A stretch of DNA of 64,000 bases from Kiritimatiellia bacterium (GTDB lineage: Bacteria > Verrucomicrobiota > Kiritimatiellia > RFP12 > UBA3636). Location of the stretch: the NCBI GenBank assembly GCA_045589455.1, contig JAZNPC010000010.1, forward strand, positions 149 through 64,148, written 5' to 3'. Numbering within the stretch: position 1 is the first letter of the stretch; each line of letters starts with the position of its first letter. The position numbers and the translations under genes are program-made. This document shows positions 21,191-30,968 of this stretch, one piece after another. The notes beneath the pieces were generated by a model. That model was given only the letters and a program-made list of their open reading frames with translations. It was not told the DNA's origin and made no database searches.

Positions 21191-22912
21191 ATGAAGAAAA
21201 AGGTAATTTTTGTTGCTTTGGTGATTGCAATTGCTGCAATTGGATTTGTTTTTTGGGGAAGAGAAAAAGCAAATCCACTTGAAAACGAGATTTTATATAC
21301 GGTTACTAATGGTCCGTTAGTTATTAATGTGACTGAAGCTGGTACAATTAAACCGCAAGAACAAATAATTTTAAAGAGTGCGGTTGAAGGCCGTAGGTCT
21401 ATTATTTATCTTATTCCAGAAGGTTCTTTTGTTAAAAAAGGTGATTTGCTTGTAGAGCTAGATGTTTCTGAGTTAGAAACAAAACGCGCAGACCAAGAAA
21501 TTATCGTTCAAAATGCTGAGACTGAGAAATTAATTAAGGCAGATGATCTAATTGTGGCTCAAAATCAAGCGAAGGCAGATATTGAGCTTGCAGAGCTAAA
21601 GGTACGCTTTGCTAGAGAAGATTTGCTTAAATATATTGAAGGTGAATATCCTAAAAACCTTTCAGAGGCAGAAGGAAGCATAAAGCTTGCTGAAGAAGAA
21701 TTAGAGCGTGCAAGAGATAAGATGGAATGGTCAAAAAGACTTTATGAAGAAAAATACCTTTCTGAAACAGAAATGCGTAGTGATGAGCTTTCTTGGAAGC
21801 GTGCAGAGCTAAATTTAAGAACAGCAAGAGGAAATTTAGATCTTTTACAGAATTACACCTATAAGCGTCAGGTTGCTCAGCTTGAGAGTGACCTTTCTCA
21901 AGCAGAAATGTCATTAGAGCGCACAAAGCGCAAAGCAAATGCAAGCGTAAGCTCTGCAGAAGCTACGCTTCGTGCAAAGGAGCTAGAGTATTCTCGCCAA
22001 CTTGAGCGATTAAAATATTATGAGAGACAAGTAGCTAATGCAAAAATTTATGCACCAATGGATGGTCTTGTAATATATGCTACAAGTGCAAATAATCGTT
22101 GGGGAAATAGAGAACCTTTATCCGAGGGTATTGAAGTCCACGAACGTAATGAGCTTATATATTTGCCAACAACAGCATCTTTTCAGGCAGAGATAGAGGT
22201 TCATGAAAGTAATTTAAGAAAGATAGTTCCTGGATTGCCTGTGCGAGTTCGTGTTGATGCAGTTGATAGAGCCTTTAATGGTGTTGTTTCTCAAGTATCT
22301 CCATTACCTGATGCCCAGAAGATGTGGCAAAATCCAGACCTCAAGGTTTATAAAACAATCATTAAGCTAGATGGAGGCGGGGATTTATTAAGATCTGGTA
22401 TGAATTGCGTTGCTGAAATCATTATTGAGCAATTTGTTGAAACACTTTATATTCCAATACAATGTGTTGTAATGGTAAATGGTGAAAGTGTTGTTTATGT
22501 TGTTGATTCTGAAGGAAATCTTGAGCAGAGAAAGGTTGAGCTTGGGCTAGATAATGGTCGTTTTGTTCAAGTAATTTCTGGACTTTCCGAGGGAGAAAGG
22601 GTTATGGAAAATCCTCCATTAGATGGTTCAGAGTCTGAAACAAGTAAAACCTTGGCCCATGAAGGAACTACACCTGTGAATGCTCCTAATGCTCCAATAG
22701 TGCCTGCATCTACAGCTATTCAAACACCTCCATCTCAAGCCACGCCTCAGCAAGAAGCAGCGGCACCAAATGCGAAGCCTACAGAACAAGCAAAGGCAGT
22801 AGAGGAGGCTGTTGAACAGCCTAGTGCTGCTTTAGATCAACCTATTGTGGAAGCACCTACAAATACAACTATTGAGGCAACTACTGTAGTAGCGACAGAT
22901 GTACAAGAATAG
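21191..22912 (+). CDS. HlyD/MacA-type periplasmic adaptor (membrane fusion protein) with a Pro/Ala/Thr/Gln-rich C-terminal tail
   Basis: Has an N-terminal TM anchor (MKKKVIFVALVIAIAAIGFVFW), a coiled-coil hairpin region, and beta-barrel/MP-domain-like sequence. The last ~100 aa are low-complexity. An alternative GTG start lies at 21161. Confidence 0.8.
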   Translation: MKKKVIFVALVIAIAAIGFVFWGREKANPLENEILYTVTNGPLVINVTEAGTIKPQEQIILKSAVEGRRSIIYLIPEGSFVKKGDLLVELDVSELETKRADQEIIVQNAETEKLIKADDLIVAQNQAKADIELAELKVRFAREDLLKYIEGEYPKNLSEAEGSIKLAEEELERARDKMEWSKRLYEEKYLSETEMRSDELSWKRAELNLRTARGNLDLLQNYTYKRQVAQLESDLSQAEMSLERTKRKANASVSSAEATLRAKELEYSRQLERLKYYERQVANAKIYAPMDGLVIYATSANNRWGNREPLSEGIEVHERNELIYLPTTASFQAEIEVHESNLRKIVPGLPVRVRVDAVDRAFNGVVSQVSPLPDAQKMWQNPDLKVYKTIIKLDGGGDLLRSGMNCVAEIIIEQFVETLYIPIQCVVMVNGESVVYVVDSEGNLEQRKVELGLDNGRFVQVISGLSEGERVMENPPLDGSESETSKTLAHEGTTPVNAPNAPIVPASTAIQTPPSQATPQQEAAAPNAKPTEQAKAVEEAVEQPSAALDQPIVEAPTNTTIEATTVVATDVQE

Positions 22913-22915
22913 GCA

Positions 22916-23629
22916 ATGGAACAATCTACCATGATGAAAATAGATCCTTCGCGTACTTATGCTGTAAAGTTTGAAAATCTATCCAAGCATTATGATTTTG
23001 GTGGTCAGATTGTTCGCGCACTAGATGGAGTAACCGCTTGTTTTGAAAAGGGAAGCTTTTGGGCTATTATGGGTGCTAGCGGTTCTGGCAAAAGTACAAT
23101 GTTGAATATTCTAGGTTGCTTAGATAGACCTACAACAGGACAGTATTTCCTTGATGGGAAGGATGTTTCTAGATTAAATGATGATGATTTAAGTGATATT
23201 CGCTTAAATTACCTTGGATTTGTTTTTCAGAGTTTTAATTTGATTCCTCAATTGACTGTTGCAGAAAACATTGCTCTTCCTTTGTATTACAGGGGAGTTT
23301 CAGAGGAAGGGTGTTTAATTAAGGCAAAGGAAATGGCGGAGGTCGTGGGGCTCTCAAATCGATTAGAGCATAGACCAATGCAGCTTTCTGGTGGCCAACA
23401 GCAGCGTGTAGCAATTGCCCGAGCATTATCAACAGATCCAGTTGTTTTGCTTGCTGACGAGCCAACAGGCAACCTAGACTCTACCACAAGTGTAGAAATT
23501 ATGAAGCTTTTGGACGAAATGAACCGCTATGGTAAAACAGTAATTATGGTTACTCATGAGCCTGATATTGCTGAATTTGCACAGCATCGATTGATTATGA
23601 AGGATGGCAAAATAGATAGGATTAGTTAA
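22916..23629 (+). CDS. ABC transporter ATP-binding protein of MacB or LolD type
   Basis: Walker A (GASGSGKST), ABC signature ([15 protein letters not shown]), Walker B ([11 protein letters not shown]) and H-loop (VTHE) are all present. Confidence 0.92.
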   Translation: MEQSTMMKIDPSRTYAVKFENLSKHYDFGGQIVRALDGVTACFEKGSFWAIMGASGSGKSTMLNILGCLDRPTTGQYFLDGKDVSRLNDDDLSDIRLNYLGFVFQSFNLIPQLTVAENIALPLYYRGVSEEGCLIKAKEMAEVVGLSNRLEHRPMQLSGGQQQRVAIARALSTDPVVLLADEPTGNLDSTTSVEIMKLLDEMNRYGKTVIMVTHEPDIAEFAQHRLIMKDGKIDRIS

Positions 23630-23630
23630 G

Positions 23631-24908
23631 ATGATTAATTTAAGCTATACTTCATTTAAGCGAAATGTTCGCCTAGGAATAAAGAATCTACTATTGCATA
23701 AGCTTCGCTCAATGCTGACGATGCTTGGCCTTGTTTTTGGTGTTGGTAGTGTTATTGCCATGTTAGCAATTGGTGAAGGAGCAAGTGAGGAGGCTCTAGA
23801 ACAAATCCGTATGCTAGGAAGTAAAAATATTATTATTACTTCAGTTAAGCCTGTAGAAGAAAATGCAAAACAAAATAATAATATCCGGCTCAGTGTTTAT
23901 GGATTGTTGTATAATGATTTTTATGCGATTAGTGAAACAATACCAACGGTTTCTTGTGTGGTGCCTGTAAAGGCCATGGAAAAGGTCGCAAGATATGAAG
24001 ATTCCTCAAGTAATTTAAGAATTGTTGGCACAACAAAGGATTGGTTTAAACTGGTTGATAGAGAAAAACTAATTGGCCGAGTTTTAACAGAGAATGATGT
24101 GGTAGAAAGCCGTTCTGTTGCTGTGTTAACGGAATCAGGAGTTCGTAAGCTATTGGCCAACGAAAATGCTGTAGGTGAATTTCTTCGAATTGGCGGAAAT
24201 TCGTATGAAATTGTTGGTGTTATTAAAACAGAAAAGCTAGCAGACTCTGGAATGCAAATGCCTGATAGAGAGGCAGATGTATATATACCAATATCAACAG
24301 TTCGACTACACTATGGAGATAGATATACTCAAAATAAGGAAGGCACTAGAATTAGTGAATTGGTTCAACTACACCAAATTATTGTTGAGGTAAGTGAAGA
24401 GAGTAAAGTAGAAGCAACTGCAAAAACTATAGAACGTTTGTTATCTATTTCACATTCTAAGAAGGATTATGAATTAAGTGTGCCATTGTCTTTGTTGCGC
24501 CAAGTAGAAGCCACTAAACGAACCTTTTCTATTGTATTGGGAGCCATTGCCGGAATTAGCCTTCTTGTAGGTGGTATTGGTATTATGAACATTATGCTTG
24601 CTACAGTTACAGAGCGCACTCGTGAAATCGGCATTCGAAGGGCAATTGGTGCAAAACGCAATCAAATTGTTATGCAATTTTTGATAGAAACACTTGTATT
24701 GTCAATTACTGGAGGTGTTATAGGTGTTTGTTTCGGTATTTTTATACCATATATGGTAACAATTTTTGCTGGCATGCCAACAGTTATAACAGTTTGGAAT
24801 TTAGTGCTATCGCTAGGAATAAGTACATTGACTGGTATTGTTTTTGGCCTTTATCCAGCAATTAGAGCCGCAAAGCTAGATCCAATTATCGCTTTGCGTC
24901 ATGAGTAG
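23631..24908 (+). CDS. ABC transporter permease of FtsX/MacB family
   Basis: 425 aa with an N-terminal TM segment, a large periplasmic domain, and a C-terminal FtsX-like four-helix region (GIGIMNIMLATVTERTREIGIRRAIGA). Confidence 0.9.
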   Translation: MINLSYTSFKRNVRLGIKNLLLHKLRSMLTMLGLVFGVGSVIAMLAIGEGASEEALEQIRMLGSKNIIITSVKPVEENAKQNNNIRLSVYGLLYNDFYAISETIPTVSCVVPVKAMEKVARYEDSSSNLRIVGTTKDWFKLVDREKLIGRVLTENDVVESRSVAVLTESGVRKLLANENAVGEFLRIGGNSYEIVGVIKTEKLADSGMQMPDREADVYIPISTVRLHYGDRYTQNKEGTRISELVQLHQIIVEVSEESKVEATAKTIERLLSISHSKKDYELSVPLSLLRQVEATKRTFSIVLGAIAGISLLVGGIGIMNIMLATVTERTREIGIRRAIGAKRNQIVMQFLIETLVLSITGGVIGVCFGIFIPYMVTIFAGMPTVITVWNLVLSLGISTLTGIVFGLYPAIRAAKLDPIIALRHE

Positions 24909-24989
24909 CTTGGATAGCTATAAATTAGATAATTAGATTTTATATTTCTATCGGGGTGGCGTATGTGATGGCTAGGGCGACGGCTAATC

Positions 24990-25330
24990 CTACGCTGGCT
25001 CACGCGGAGACGCAGAGACGCAGAGCTAGCGTGATGCACGTGACGCCGAAGGGACGCAGAGACGCTGAGGGCGCGGAGGACGCGGGGCTGGTGTGATGGG
25101 TGTGGTGTTGGGGCGCGAATGCGCACATTACCGCTTGTTGTTGCCTTGTCTTATTGCGAAATCTAACGAAGCAATAAGGCAACTGCCAAGCGCTAATGTG
25201 TACGACCCACCAAGGCTTTTAAGACGAGGAGCGTGATGCACGTGATGGTGTTTTGGATGCACCAAGCTTGGTTGTGCGCTGCGCCGCGTGCGGCGCAGAG
25301 AACGCGCTTGTGTGATGGCTAGAAGTGCTA
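24990..25330. repeat. GC-rich ~260 bp intergenic repeat element, copy A. It contains a gacgcagag heptamer/nonamer tandem, gtgatgcacgtgacgccgaagggacgc, the hairpin cttattgcgaaatctaacgaagcaataag, and the GC hairpin ctgcgccgcgtgcggcgcag
   Basis: About 93% identical to 50247-50510 by direct reading. It is placed immediately 3' of the ABC permease gene. Confidence 0.85.
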
Positions 25331-25487
25331 GTTTCAGCGGGTGAACTACTCAGATGTATCTTTACTTAATATATTTAAAACCTATTGTTGAAAATAGGGG
25401 CGTTTTTTGCTAAAATTTATAGAAATAAATTTTTTATTTTTGTGTGAGTTTAAAGAATACTATAGATAAGAGATAAAGGATTAAAAG

Positions 25488-25880
25488 ATGAAGAAAATTC
25501 TAATGATTTGTTCTGTAGCCATGTCAGTCATGTTAATGGTAGTAATGTTGTCCGGGTGTGAATCTGCAGATGGTTATTCTATTGAGGTAAATGCTTCCTC
25601 ATATTCTGTAGGAAATGGTGGCACTGTCTATCTTTCGGCTTCTGGTTGGGATGATTATACTTGGTCGCTAAGTGATAACTCATTAGGTTATTTAAATAAG
25701 CTTAATGGTTCAAGTGTGATTTACACCTCACGTGCAGCATCTGGCACACAAAAGATAACTATTGTTGCACGTGGTTCTGGTGCCGTTGCAGAAACTCCAA
25801 CAGATAATAATTCAAGTAATAAGACACAAAAAGTCACCTCATCTCCTTTGGTTAGAACAATTGAGATTACACATAAATAA
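25488..25880 (+). CDS. Small lipoprotein of unknown function
   Basis: Signal peptide with lipobox (…MLSGC↓ES). About 130 aa and Ser/Thr/Gly-rich. There is an RBS-like AAAGGA upstream. Confidence 0.6.
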   Translation: MKKILMICSVAMSVMLMVVMLSGCESADGYSIEVNASSYSVGNGGTVYLSASGWDDYTWSLSDNSLGYLNKLNGSSVIYTSRAASGTQKITIVARGSGAVAETPTDNNSSNKTQKVTSSPLVRTIEITHK

Positions 25881-25911
25881 TTTTGATAATTAAGATTAAG
25901 GATTTTTAAAT

Positions 25912-27933
25912 ATGGATAAAAGAAGAATTGTGGTAACCTCTGCGTTACCTTATGCAAATGGTGATATACATTTGGGCCATTTGGTAGAGTATCTACAGAC
26001 AGATTTTTGGGTTCGTTATCAGAAGCTTCGAGGCAATGAGTGCACATATGTTTGCGCTGATGATACACACGGCACACCAATTATGATTCGTGCAAAGAAG
26101 GATGGTATCACACCTGAAGAGCTAATTGCAGAGAGCTACAAGCGCCACACTGCAGATTTCTCTGAGTTTCAGATTAAATTTGATAATTTTTACTCTACAA
26201 ATTCTCCAGAGAACCTTGAGTTTTGTAAGCAGATTTATGCAAAGCTAAAGGAAAATAATGCGCTAGATTTCCGTAGTATTCCTCAGCTTTATTGCCCAAC
26301 AGATAAGATGTTCCTCCCAGATCGTTTTGTACGCGGCACTTGCCCTAAGTGCGGTGCAGAGGATCAGTATGGTGATTCCTGCGAGAAGTGTGGTGCAACT
26401 TATAACCCAACAGATTTGAAGGATGTTCACTGTTCTGTTTGTGGTGAGCGTAAGCTAGAAACTCGTGAGAGCGAGCACATCTTTTTCAATCTTGAGCAGT
26501 TTAAGGAATACCTACGCTCATGGTTAAAGGACCATACAGCAGAGGATGTTGCTAACAAGCTTTATGAGTGGTTTGATGAAGGTACAACTCTAATGCCATG
26601 GGATATTTCTCGTGATGCTCCATACTTTGGCTTTGAGATTCCTGATCATCCTGGCAAGTATTTCTATGTATGGCTAGATGCACCAGTAGGCTACATGGCT
26701 TCATTAAAGAATTGGTGTACCAAGAATAATGAGGATTTTGATGCTTGGTGGAATAATCCAGATGCAGAGCTTTATCATTTCATTGGTAAGGATATTGTCC
26801 GTTTCCACTGCTTGTTCTGGCCAGCAATGCTTCATGCAGCAGATTTTAAGGGCCCATCACAGGTATTTGTACATGGCTTCTTAACAGTTAACGGCAAGAA
26901 GATGAGTAAGTCACGCGGTACATTTATTAGTGCTCGTACATACTTGGATTGCCTAGACCCAGCATTCTTGCGTTACTACTATGCTTGCAAGCTAAATAAC
27001 ACAACTGATGACGTAGATTTAAATCTTGAGGATTTTGTACAGCGCGTAAATAGCGATCTTGTTGGTAAAATCACCAACCTCGCTTCACGTGGTGTTCAGA
27101 TGCTTAATAAGCGCCTAGACGATGGTATGGGTGTAATGGACGAAGAGGGCTTGAAGCTACGTGAGGAATTCTTGTCCCGTGCAGAGACTATAGCCGCTCA
27201 CTATGAAGCTCGCCGTTTCTCACAGGTTCCTGTTGAGGTATGTCGTCTAGCAGATTTGGCTAATGAATACTTTGATGCAAAGCAGCCATGGGCAACAATT
27301 AAGACAGACCCAGAGGCAACTCGCATTACATTGACCAACATCTTAAATCTCTTCCGCATAATGGCAATTTACCTCTCACCAATTCTTCCTGTTTATGCAG
27401 AGAAGGCAGCAGCGCTATTTGGTGAGCAGCCATATACATGGGATGATATCAATAAGAAGCTAGAAAATCAGAAGGTTGCTAAGTATGAATATTTGGCTTC
27501 TCGCGTACCACCTGAGAAGGTTGAAGAGATGGTAGAGAAGTCAAAGGTTCAGGCTGAAGCAGCAGCTGAGGCTCCTGCAGTACCTGCAATTCCTCTTAAG
27601 GCTGAGGTTGAATTCCCAGAATTTGATAAGGTAGATATGCGTGTGGCGCTAGTTGAGTCTGCAAGCTTTGTAGAAGGCTCAACAAAGCTACTTCAATTCA
27701 CCTTGGACCTTGGTCCTTTAGGTAAGCGCAATATCTTCTCTGGTATTCGTGCATACTATCCTGACCCACAGGTGTTGGTTGGCAAGAAGCTAATAGTTGC
27801 GGCTAATCTAAAGGCTCGTAAGATGCGCTTTGGCGTTTCTGAGGGTATGATTCTTTCTGCAGGCTCAGAGGAGAAGGGCTTCTCTGTTCTTACAGTTATG
27901 GATGATGCACAACCAGGTGATTTAGTTTCCTAA
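25912..27933 (+). CDS. metG: Methionyl-tRNA synthetase with a C-terminal tRNA-binding (EMAP/Trbp111-like) domain
   Basis: Carries the HLGH motif, a Zn-knuckle (CPKCGAEDQYGDSCEKCG), KMSKS, and a C-terminal domain (…VDMRVALV…GKKLIVAANLKARKMRFGVSEGMIL). Confidence 0.95.
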   Translation: MDKRRIVVTSALPYANGDIHLGHLVEYLQTDFWVRYQKLRGNECTYVCADDTHGTPIMIRAKKDGITPEELIAESYKRHTADFSEFQIKFDNFYSTNSPENLEFCKQIYAKLKENNALDFRSIPQLYCPTDKMFLPDRFVRGTCPKCGAEDQYGDSCEKCGATYNPTDLKDVHCSVCGERKLETRESEHIFFNLEQFKEYLRSWLKDHTAEDVANKLYEWFDEGTTLMPWDISRDAPYFGFEIPDHPGKYFYVWLDAPVGYMASLKNWCTKNNEDFDAWWNNPDAELYHFIGKDIVRFHCLFWPAMLHAADFKGPSQVFVHGFLTVNGKKMSKSRGTFISARTYLDCLDPAFLRYYYACKLNNTTDDVDLNLEDFVQRVNSDLVGKITNLASRGVQMLNKRLDDGMGVMDEEGLKLREEFLSRAETIAAHYEARRFSQVPVEVCRLADLANEYFDAKQPWATIKTDPEATRITLTNILNLFRIMAIYLSPILPVYAEKAAALFGEQPYTWDDINKKLENQKVAKYEYLASRVPPEKVEEMVEKSKVQAEAAAEAPAVPAIPLKAEVEFPEFDKVDMRVALVESASFVEGSTKLLQFTLDLGPLGKRNIFSGIRAYYPDPQVLVGKKLIVAANLKARKMRFGVSEGMILSAGSEEKGFSVLTVMDDAQPGDLVS

Positions 27934-27955
27934 CAACTAATAGCCTAATAGCCAA

Positions 27956-28726
27956 ATGAAGCCTTATCCGCCACTTATTTTTGCACAATGGAAGCAGTCC
28001 TTATCGTTGCTACGAGAGGCACAGCAAAGCATTGGCACAGAGGGGCAGGATAAGGCTGTTTTGCGTGCGGCAGCATATATGCAGGCCTCAGCAGATGAGC
28101 ATTTACGGAGGCTTGCTGAGCTCTTGCATGTAGGGATGACTGGTGCCGAATTTCTTTGTGTGCTTGTGCCTGTGGAGCGTGTGGCTTCTCGAGACCATGT
28201 CACCGATGCTACTATGCTTGCAGAGGTAACGACAGACGATGCTGAGCAACCTTTAGCTCAGACTCTTCCTCTAATCGTTATTCTTGATAATTTACGCTCA
28301 GCTATCAATTTAGGCGGAATATTTCGTACCTCAGAATTTTTTGGTGTTTCAGAAATTTGGCTTTGTGGCTACACTGCCACACCAGAGCATGAGCATGTGG
28401 CAAAGTCAGCAATGGGAACAGACAAATTGGTCGCATGGCGCTATTTCGAAAATACATCAGAAGCAATTCTTGAAGCAAAGAAGCAGGGCTATCATTGCTA
28501 TGCTTTAGAAACCTCTCCAAATGCCAAAAATATAAATGAATTTAAATTTTCCTTCCCATGTGTGTTAGTTTTGGGTAATGAGAGATTTGGTGTCTCACAG
28601 GATGCATTAGCTTGCTGTGATGAGTTATTGGCAATACCGGGATTTGGTCGAAAGAATTCAATTAATGTAGCCAGTGCTTTTGCAATTGCAGCAAATCAAA
28701 TTAGTCATGCTTTTCGTAGTAGGTAG
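27956..28726 (+). CDS. TrmH/SpoU-family RNA 2'-O-methyltransferase
   Basis: SpoU methylase motifs are present (ILDNLRSAINLGGIFRTSEFFGV; LVLGNERFGVS; SINVASAFAIA). Confidence 0.8.
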   Translation: MKPYPPLIFAQWKQSLSLLREAQQSIGTEGQDKAVLRAAAYMQASADEHLRRLAELLHVGMTGAEFLCVLVPVERVASRDHVTDATMLAEVTTDDAEQPLAQTLPLIVILDNLRSAINLGGIFRTSEFFGVSEIWLCGYTATPEHEHVAKSAMGTDKLVAWRYFENTSEAILEAKKQGYHCYALETSPNAKNINEFKFSFPCVLVLGNERFGVSQDALACCDELLAIPGFGRKNSINVASAFAIAANQISHAFRSR

Positions 28727-28731
28727 AATTT

Positions 28732-29352
28732 ATGGAACTCGGAGCAATTAAAAATCTAGCCTATGAGCTAATTGGCAATAAGGAAGAAGTTCCTCACGGA
28801 GTGGGATACCGCCTTGCTCATGGTTATAGAGTTGGTGCAATTGCAGAATGGATTGCACATGAGCTAGGAGAGAGCGATGAGCTACTTTTTGTTGCTGGCA
28901 TACTTCATGACATTGGTAAGGATAAGGCAGGACATCCAGAGGATGATGGAATAATGCATGGTCCGCGCGGAGCCGAGATTATTCGCAAGCAATTTATTCA
29001 TTTTATGAGCATAAATGAGCTTCAAAGAGTTGCTACAATGGTTGAAAATCATAATGCTCGCCCCAAAAGTAAGTGGTTTATCGATAAAGAGAAGCCACAG
29101 CATTCAACTGAGGTCTTAATACTTCAGGATGCAGATTTGCTAGATCATTTTGGTGAAGAAGGCATAAATATTACACTTAATTGGGGACGTTTTTTCAAAA
29201 AAACTCGCGAACAAATCCTTAAGGAATGGAAATATGGTGAGAGAGTAGCTCGAATGCATGAAGAGGTGCGCCGCTCTCTTAATTTTGATGTGTCAGTTCG
29301 TGAGTTTGATCGACGCCTAAAAATCATGCAGGATTACTTTTTAAAATTTTGA
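28732..29352 (+). CDS. HD-domain phosphohydrolase
   Basis: Has the HD motif (GILHDIGKD) and downstream His/Asp residues (LQDADLLDHFGEEG). Confidence 0.8.
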   Translation: MELGAIKNLAYELIGNKEEVPHGVGYRLAHGYRVGAIAEWIAHELGESDELLFVAGILHDIGKDKAGHPEDDGIMHGPRGAEIIRKQFIHFMSINELQRVATMVENHNARPKSKWFIDKEKPQHSTEVLILQDADLLDHFGEEGINITLNWGRFFKKTREQILKEWKYGERVARMHEEVRRSLNFDVSVREFDRRLKIMQDYFLKF

Positions 29353-29475
29353 TTTGTCAGTTTTAGGGTTTTAATTACGTATTAATACTATAGCAGGATT
29401 GTTTTGCTAAATTTTGATTTGTCAGTTTTGGGGTTTTAATTACGTATTAATACTATAGCAGGATTGTTTTGCTAA
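29344..29475. repeat. Two tandem copies of a ~64 bp direct repeat (attttgatttgtcagtttt[a/g]gggttttaattacgtattaatactatagcaggattgttttgctaa), followed by a truncated third start
   Basis: Read directly. The first copy overlaps the stop codon of the HD-domain gene. Confidence 0.85.
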
Positions 29476-29570
29476 ATTTTGATGCTGTGTTTTAACGAAT
29501 AATAAGCACATACATATAGGCGATTTAGTAGTTTTGTTTTTTTGTTTTAAAAAAAGAAAGGGATATAATA

Positions 29571-30422
29571 ATGTTTACAATAGCATGTGGCAAATGTGGT
29601 CAGAATTATGAGGTTGATCAAGAGTATTGCGGTGCTTCATTTGAATGTGTTAGTTGTGGCGAGACAATAGTTGTGCCAATGCTGGAACAAGACAATAGCA
29701 AGGTATTTGTTCAACCTCAACCTCAACCTCGACCTCAGCAGCAGCCGTCACGGTTGAATTCTCAGCCGGTAGGAAATAGTTCTAAGTTAGTAATAAATAA
29801 AACAAGACCCCAAAGCCCTTCTAGAGTGTCTTCTACTTATTCTTCACCTTCCTCCTTCAAAAATCCATATTTATCCCAACGACCTAATCGTTCTAGCAAC
29901 ACATGGTTTAAACTAATATTTTTTATTATTGTTCTAGGATTAATAGGTGGTGGAGTTTACTTTTTTGTAAACGATTCAAAGAAGGATACTTCTACAAATG
30001 TTAGTGATAACAATGCTTCTGGGAAAAATAATGGAGGAGAAAGTAGAGATGATTCAACAATAGATATAAACGACTATAATGCACGTAAAAAATACGAGTC
30101 TAAGGATGCATCAAATGTTCCATTTAGAATTATGCAAGTGTTAAAAAGCGATGTAGAATCCGGCTTTACTTTTGTCTTGTGTGTACTACAGGAGCCAACA
30201 TCTGGAGGCAGATTTATGGATACAGAGGTCGTATTTGGTTTAATGTTTGACGGGAGTGACGTTTCGTCTATAAACTTTTCAAAAACATGGGTGGACGATC
30301 TGTATTGGGCGGGGTACTACACATATACAACTGTTGAAAATAAAGAAAACACGATTAAAATATTTACCGTTGATTTAGATCTATCGGTGGGGGCTTTGAA
30401 GGCACAAGGACTTCTTGATTAG
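29571..30422 (+). CDS. Zinc-ribbon domain membrane protein of unknown function
   Basis: The N-terminus carries CxxC…CxxC (MFTIACGKCG…CVSCG). A Pro/Gln/Ser-rich linker and a single TM (WFKLIFFIIVLGLIGGGVYFFV) follow, then a C-terminal domain. An AAGGGA RBS lies upstream. Confidence 0.6.
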   Translation: MFTIACGKCGQNYEVDQEYCGASFECVSCGETIVVPMLEQDNSKVFVQPQPQPRPQQQPSRLNSQPVGNSSKLVINKTRPQSPSRVSSTYSSPSSFKNPYLSQRPNRSSNTWFKLIFFIIVLGLIGGGVYFFVNDSKKDTSTNVSDNNASGKNNGGESRDDSTIDINDYNARKKYESKDASNVPFRIMQVLKSDVESGFTFVLCVLQEPTSGGRFMDTEVVFGLMFDGSDVSSINFSKTWVDDLYWAGYYTYTTVENKENTIKIFTVDLDLSVGALKAQGLLD

Positions 30423-30589
30423 TTATGTAATCACAAGACATATTGTAATCTATTTTAGAAATTCATTCTATTTTTTCTGGGGGAGGCAAAATGTATTTGG
30501 TTGTATTTGACTTATTTACCCATTAATACCCTGCATTTCTAACAATTAACCGTATTACGCTCCTCATCTCAAAAATCTTGTGTGCGTAC

Positions 30590-30900
30590 ACACTGGCGCT
30601 TGGCAGTTGCCTTATTACTTCGAAGATTTCGTAATAGCAAGGCAATAACAAGCGCCAGTGTTTTTGTCGTTGTATCCACCACGAGAGCTCTGCGCCCCAG
30701 CGTCTTCCCCGACCACCATCCTGTCCACCGTCCTGTCCACCATCCTGTCCACCGTAGTTTTAACGTAGGTGGAAGTTTTAACGTAGGTGGAAGCCTTGGC
30801 GTAGGTGGTTGCGTCCTTTGGGCCCACGTAAGCCATCATTATAGCATTGCATCGAATTTAGGCCGATACTGCCCAATTAGCATTGAAACAGTAGTAAATC
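30590..30900. repeat. Degenerate, inverted copy of the ~260 bp repeat element, plus local tandem repeats: a 12-mer (catcctgtccac) in about 3.5 copies and an 18-mer (gttttaacgtaggtggaa) in 2 copies
   Basis: cttggcagttgccttatt…gcaataacaagcgc matches the reverse complement of the 25.14-25.19 kb segment. The tandem repeats were read directly at about 30711-30830. Confidence 0.7.
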
Positions 30901-30968
30901 TATGGTAAAATAAAATTTCAAATTATGTAATAGAATTTCGTTAAAAATACAGTATTAAGGATAATAAA

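Noticed and set aside
24899-25182. ORFs 24899..25126(-) and 25000..25182(-), and the identical-looking ORFs 50250..50525(-) and 50302..50529(-)
   Set aside because: Both pairs translate the same GC-rich repeat element (HPSHQPRVLRAL…). They are a repeat artefact, not genes.
30582-30908. ORFs 30582..30908(+) and 30615..30839(-)
   Set aside because: They span the tandem 12-mer and 18-mer repeats and the degenerate repeat copy. The composition is repeat-driven (HHPVHRPVHHPVHR). No RBS.
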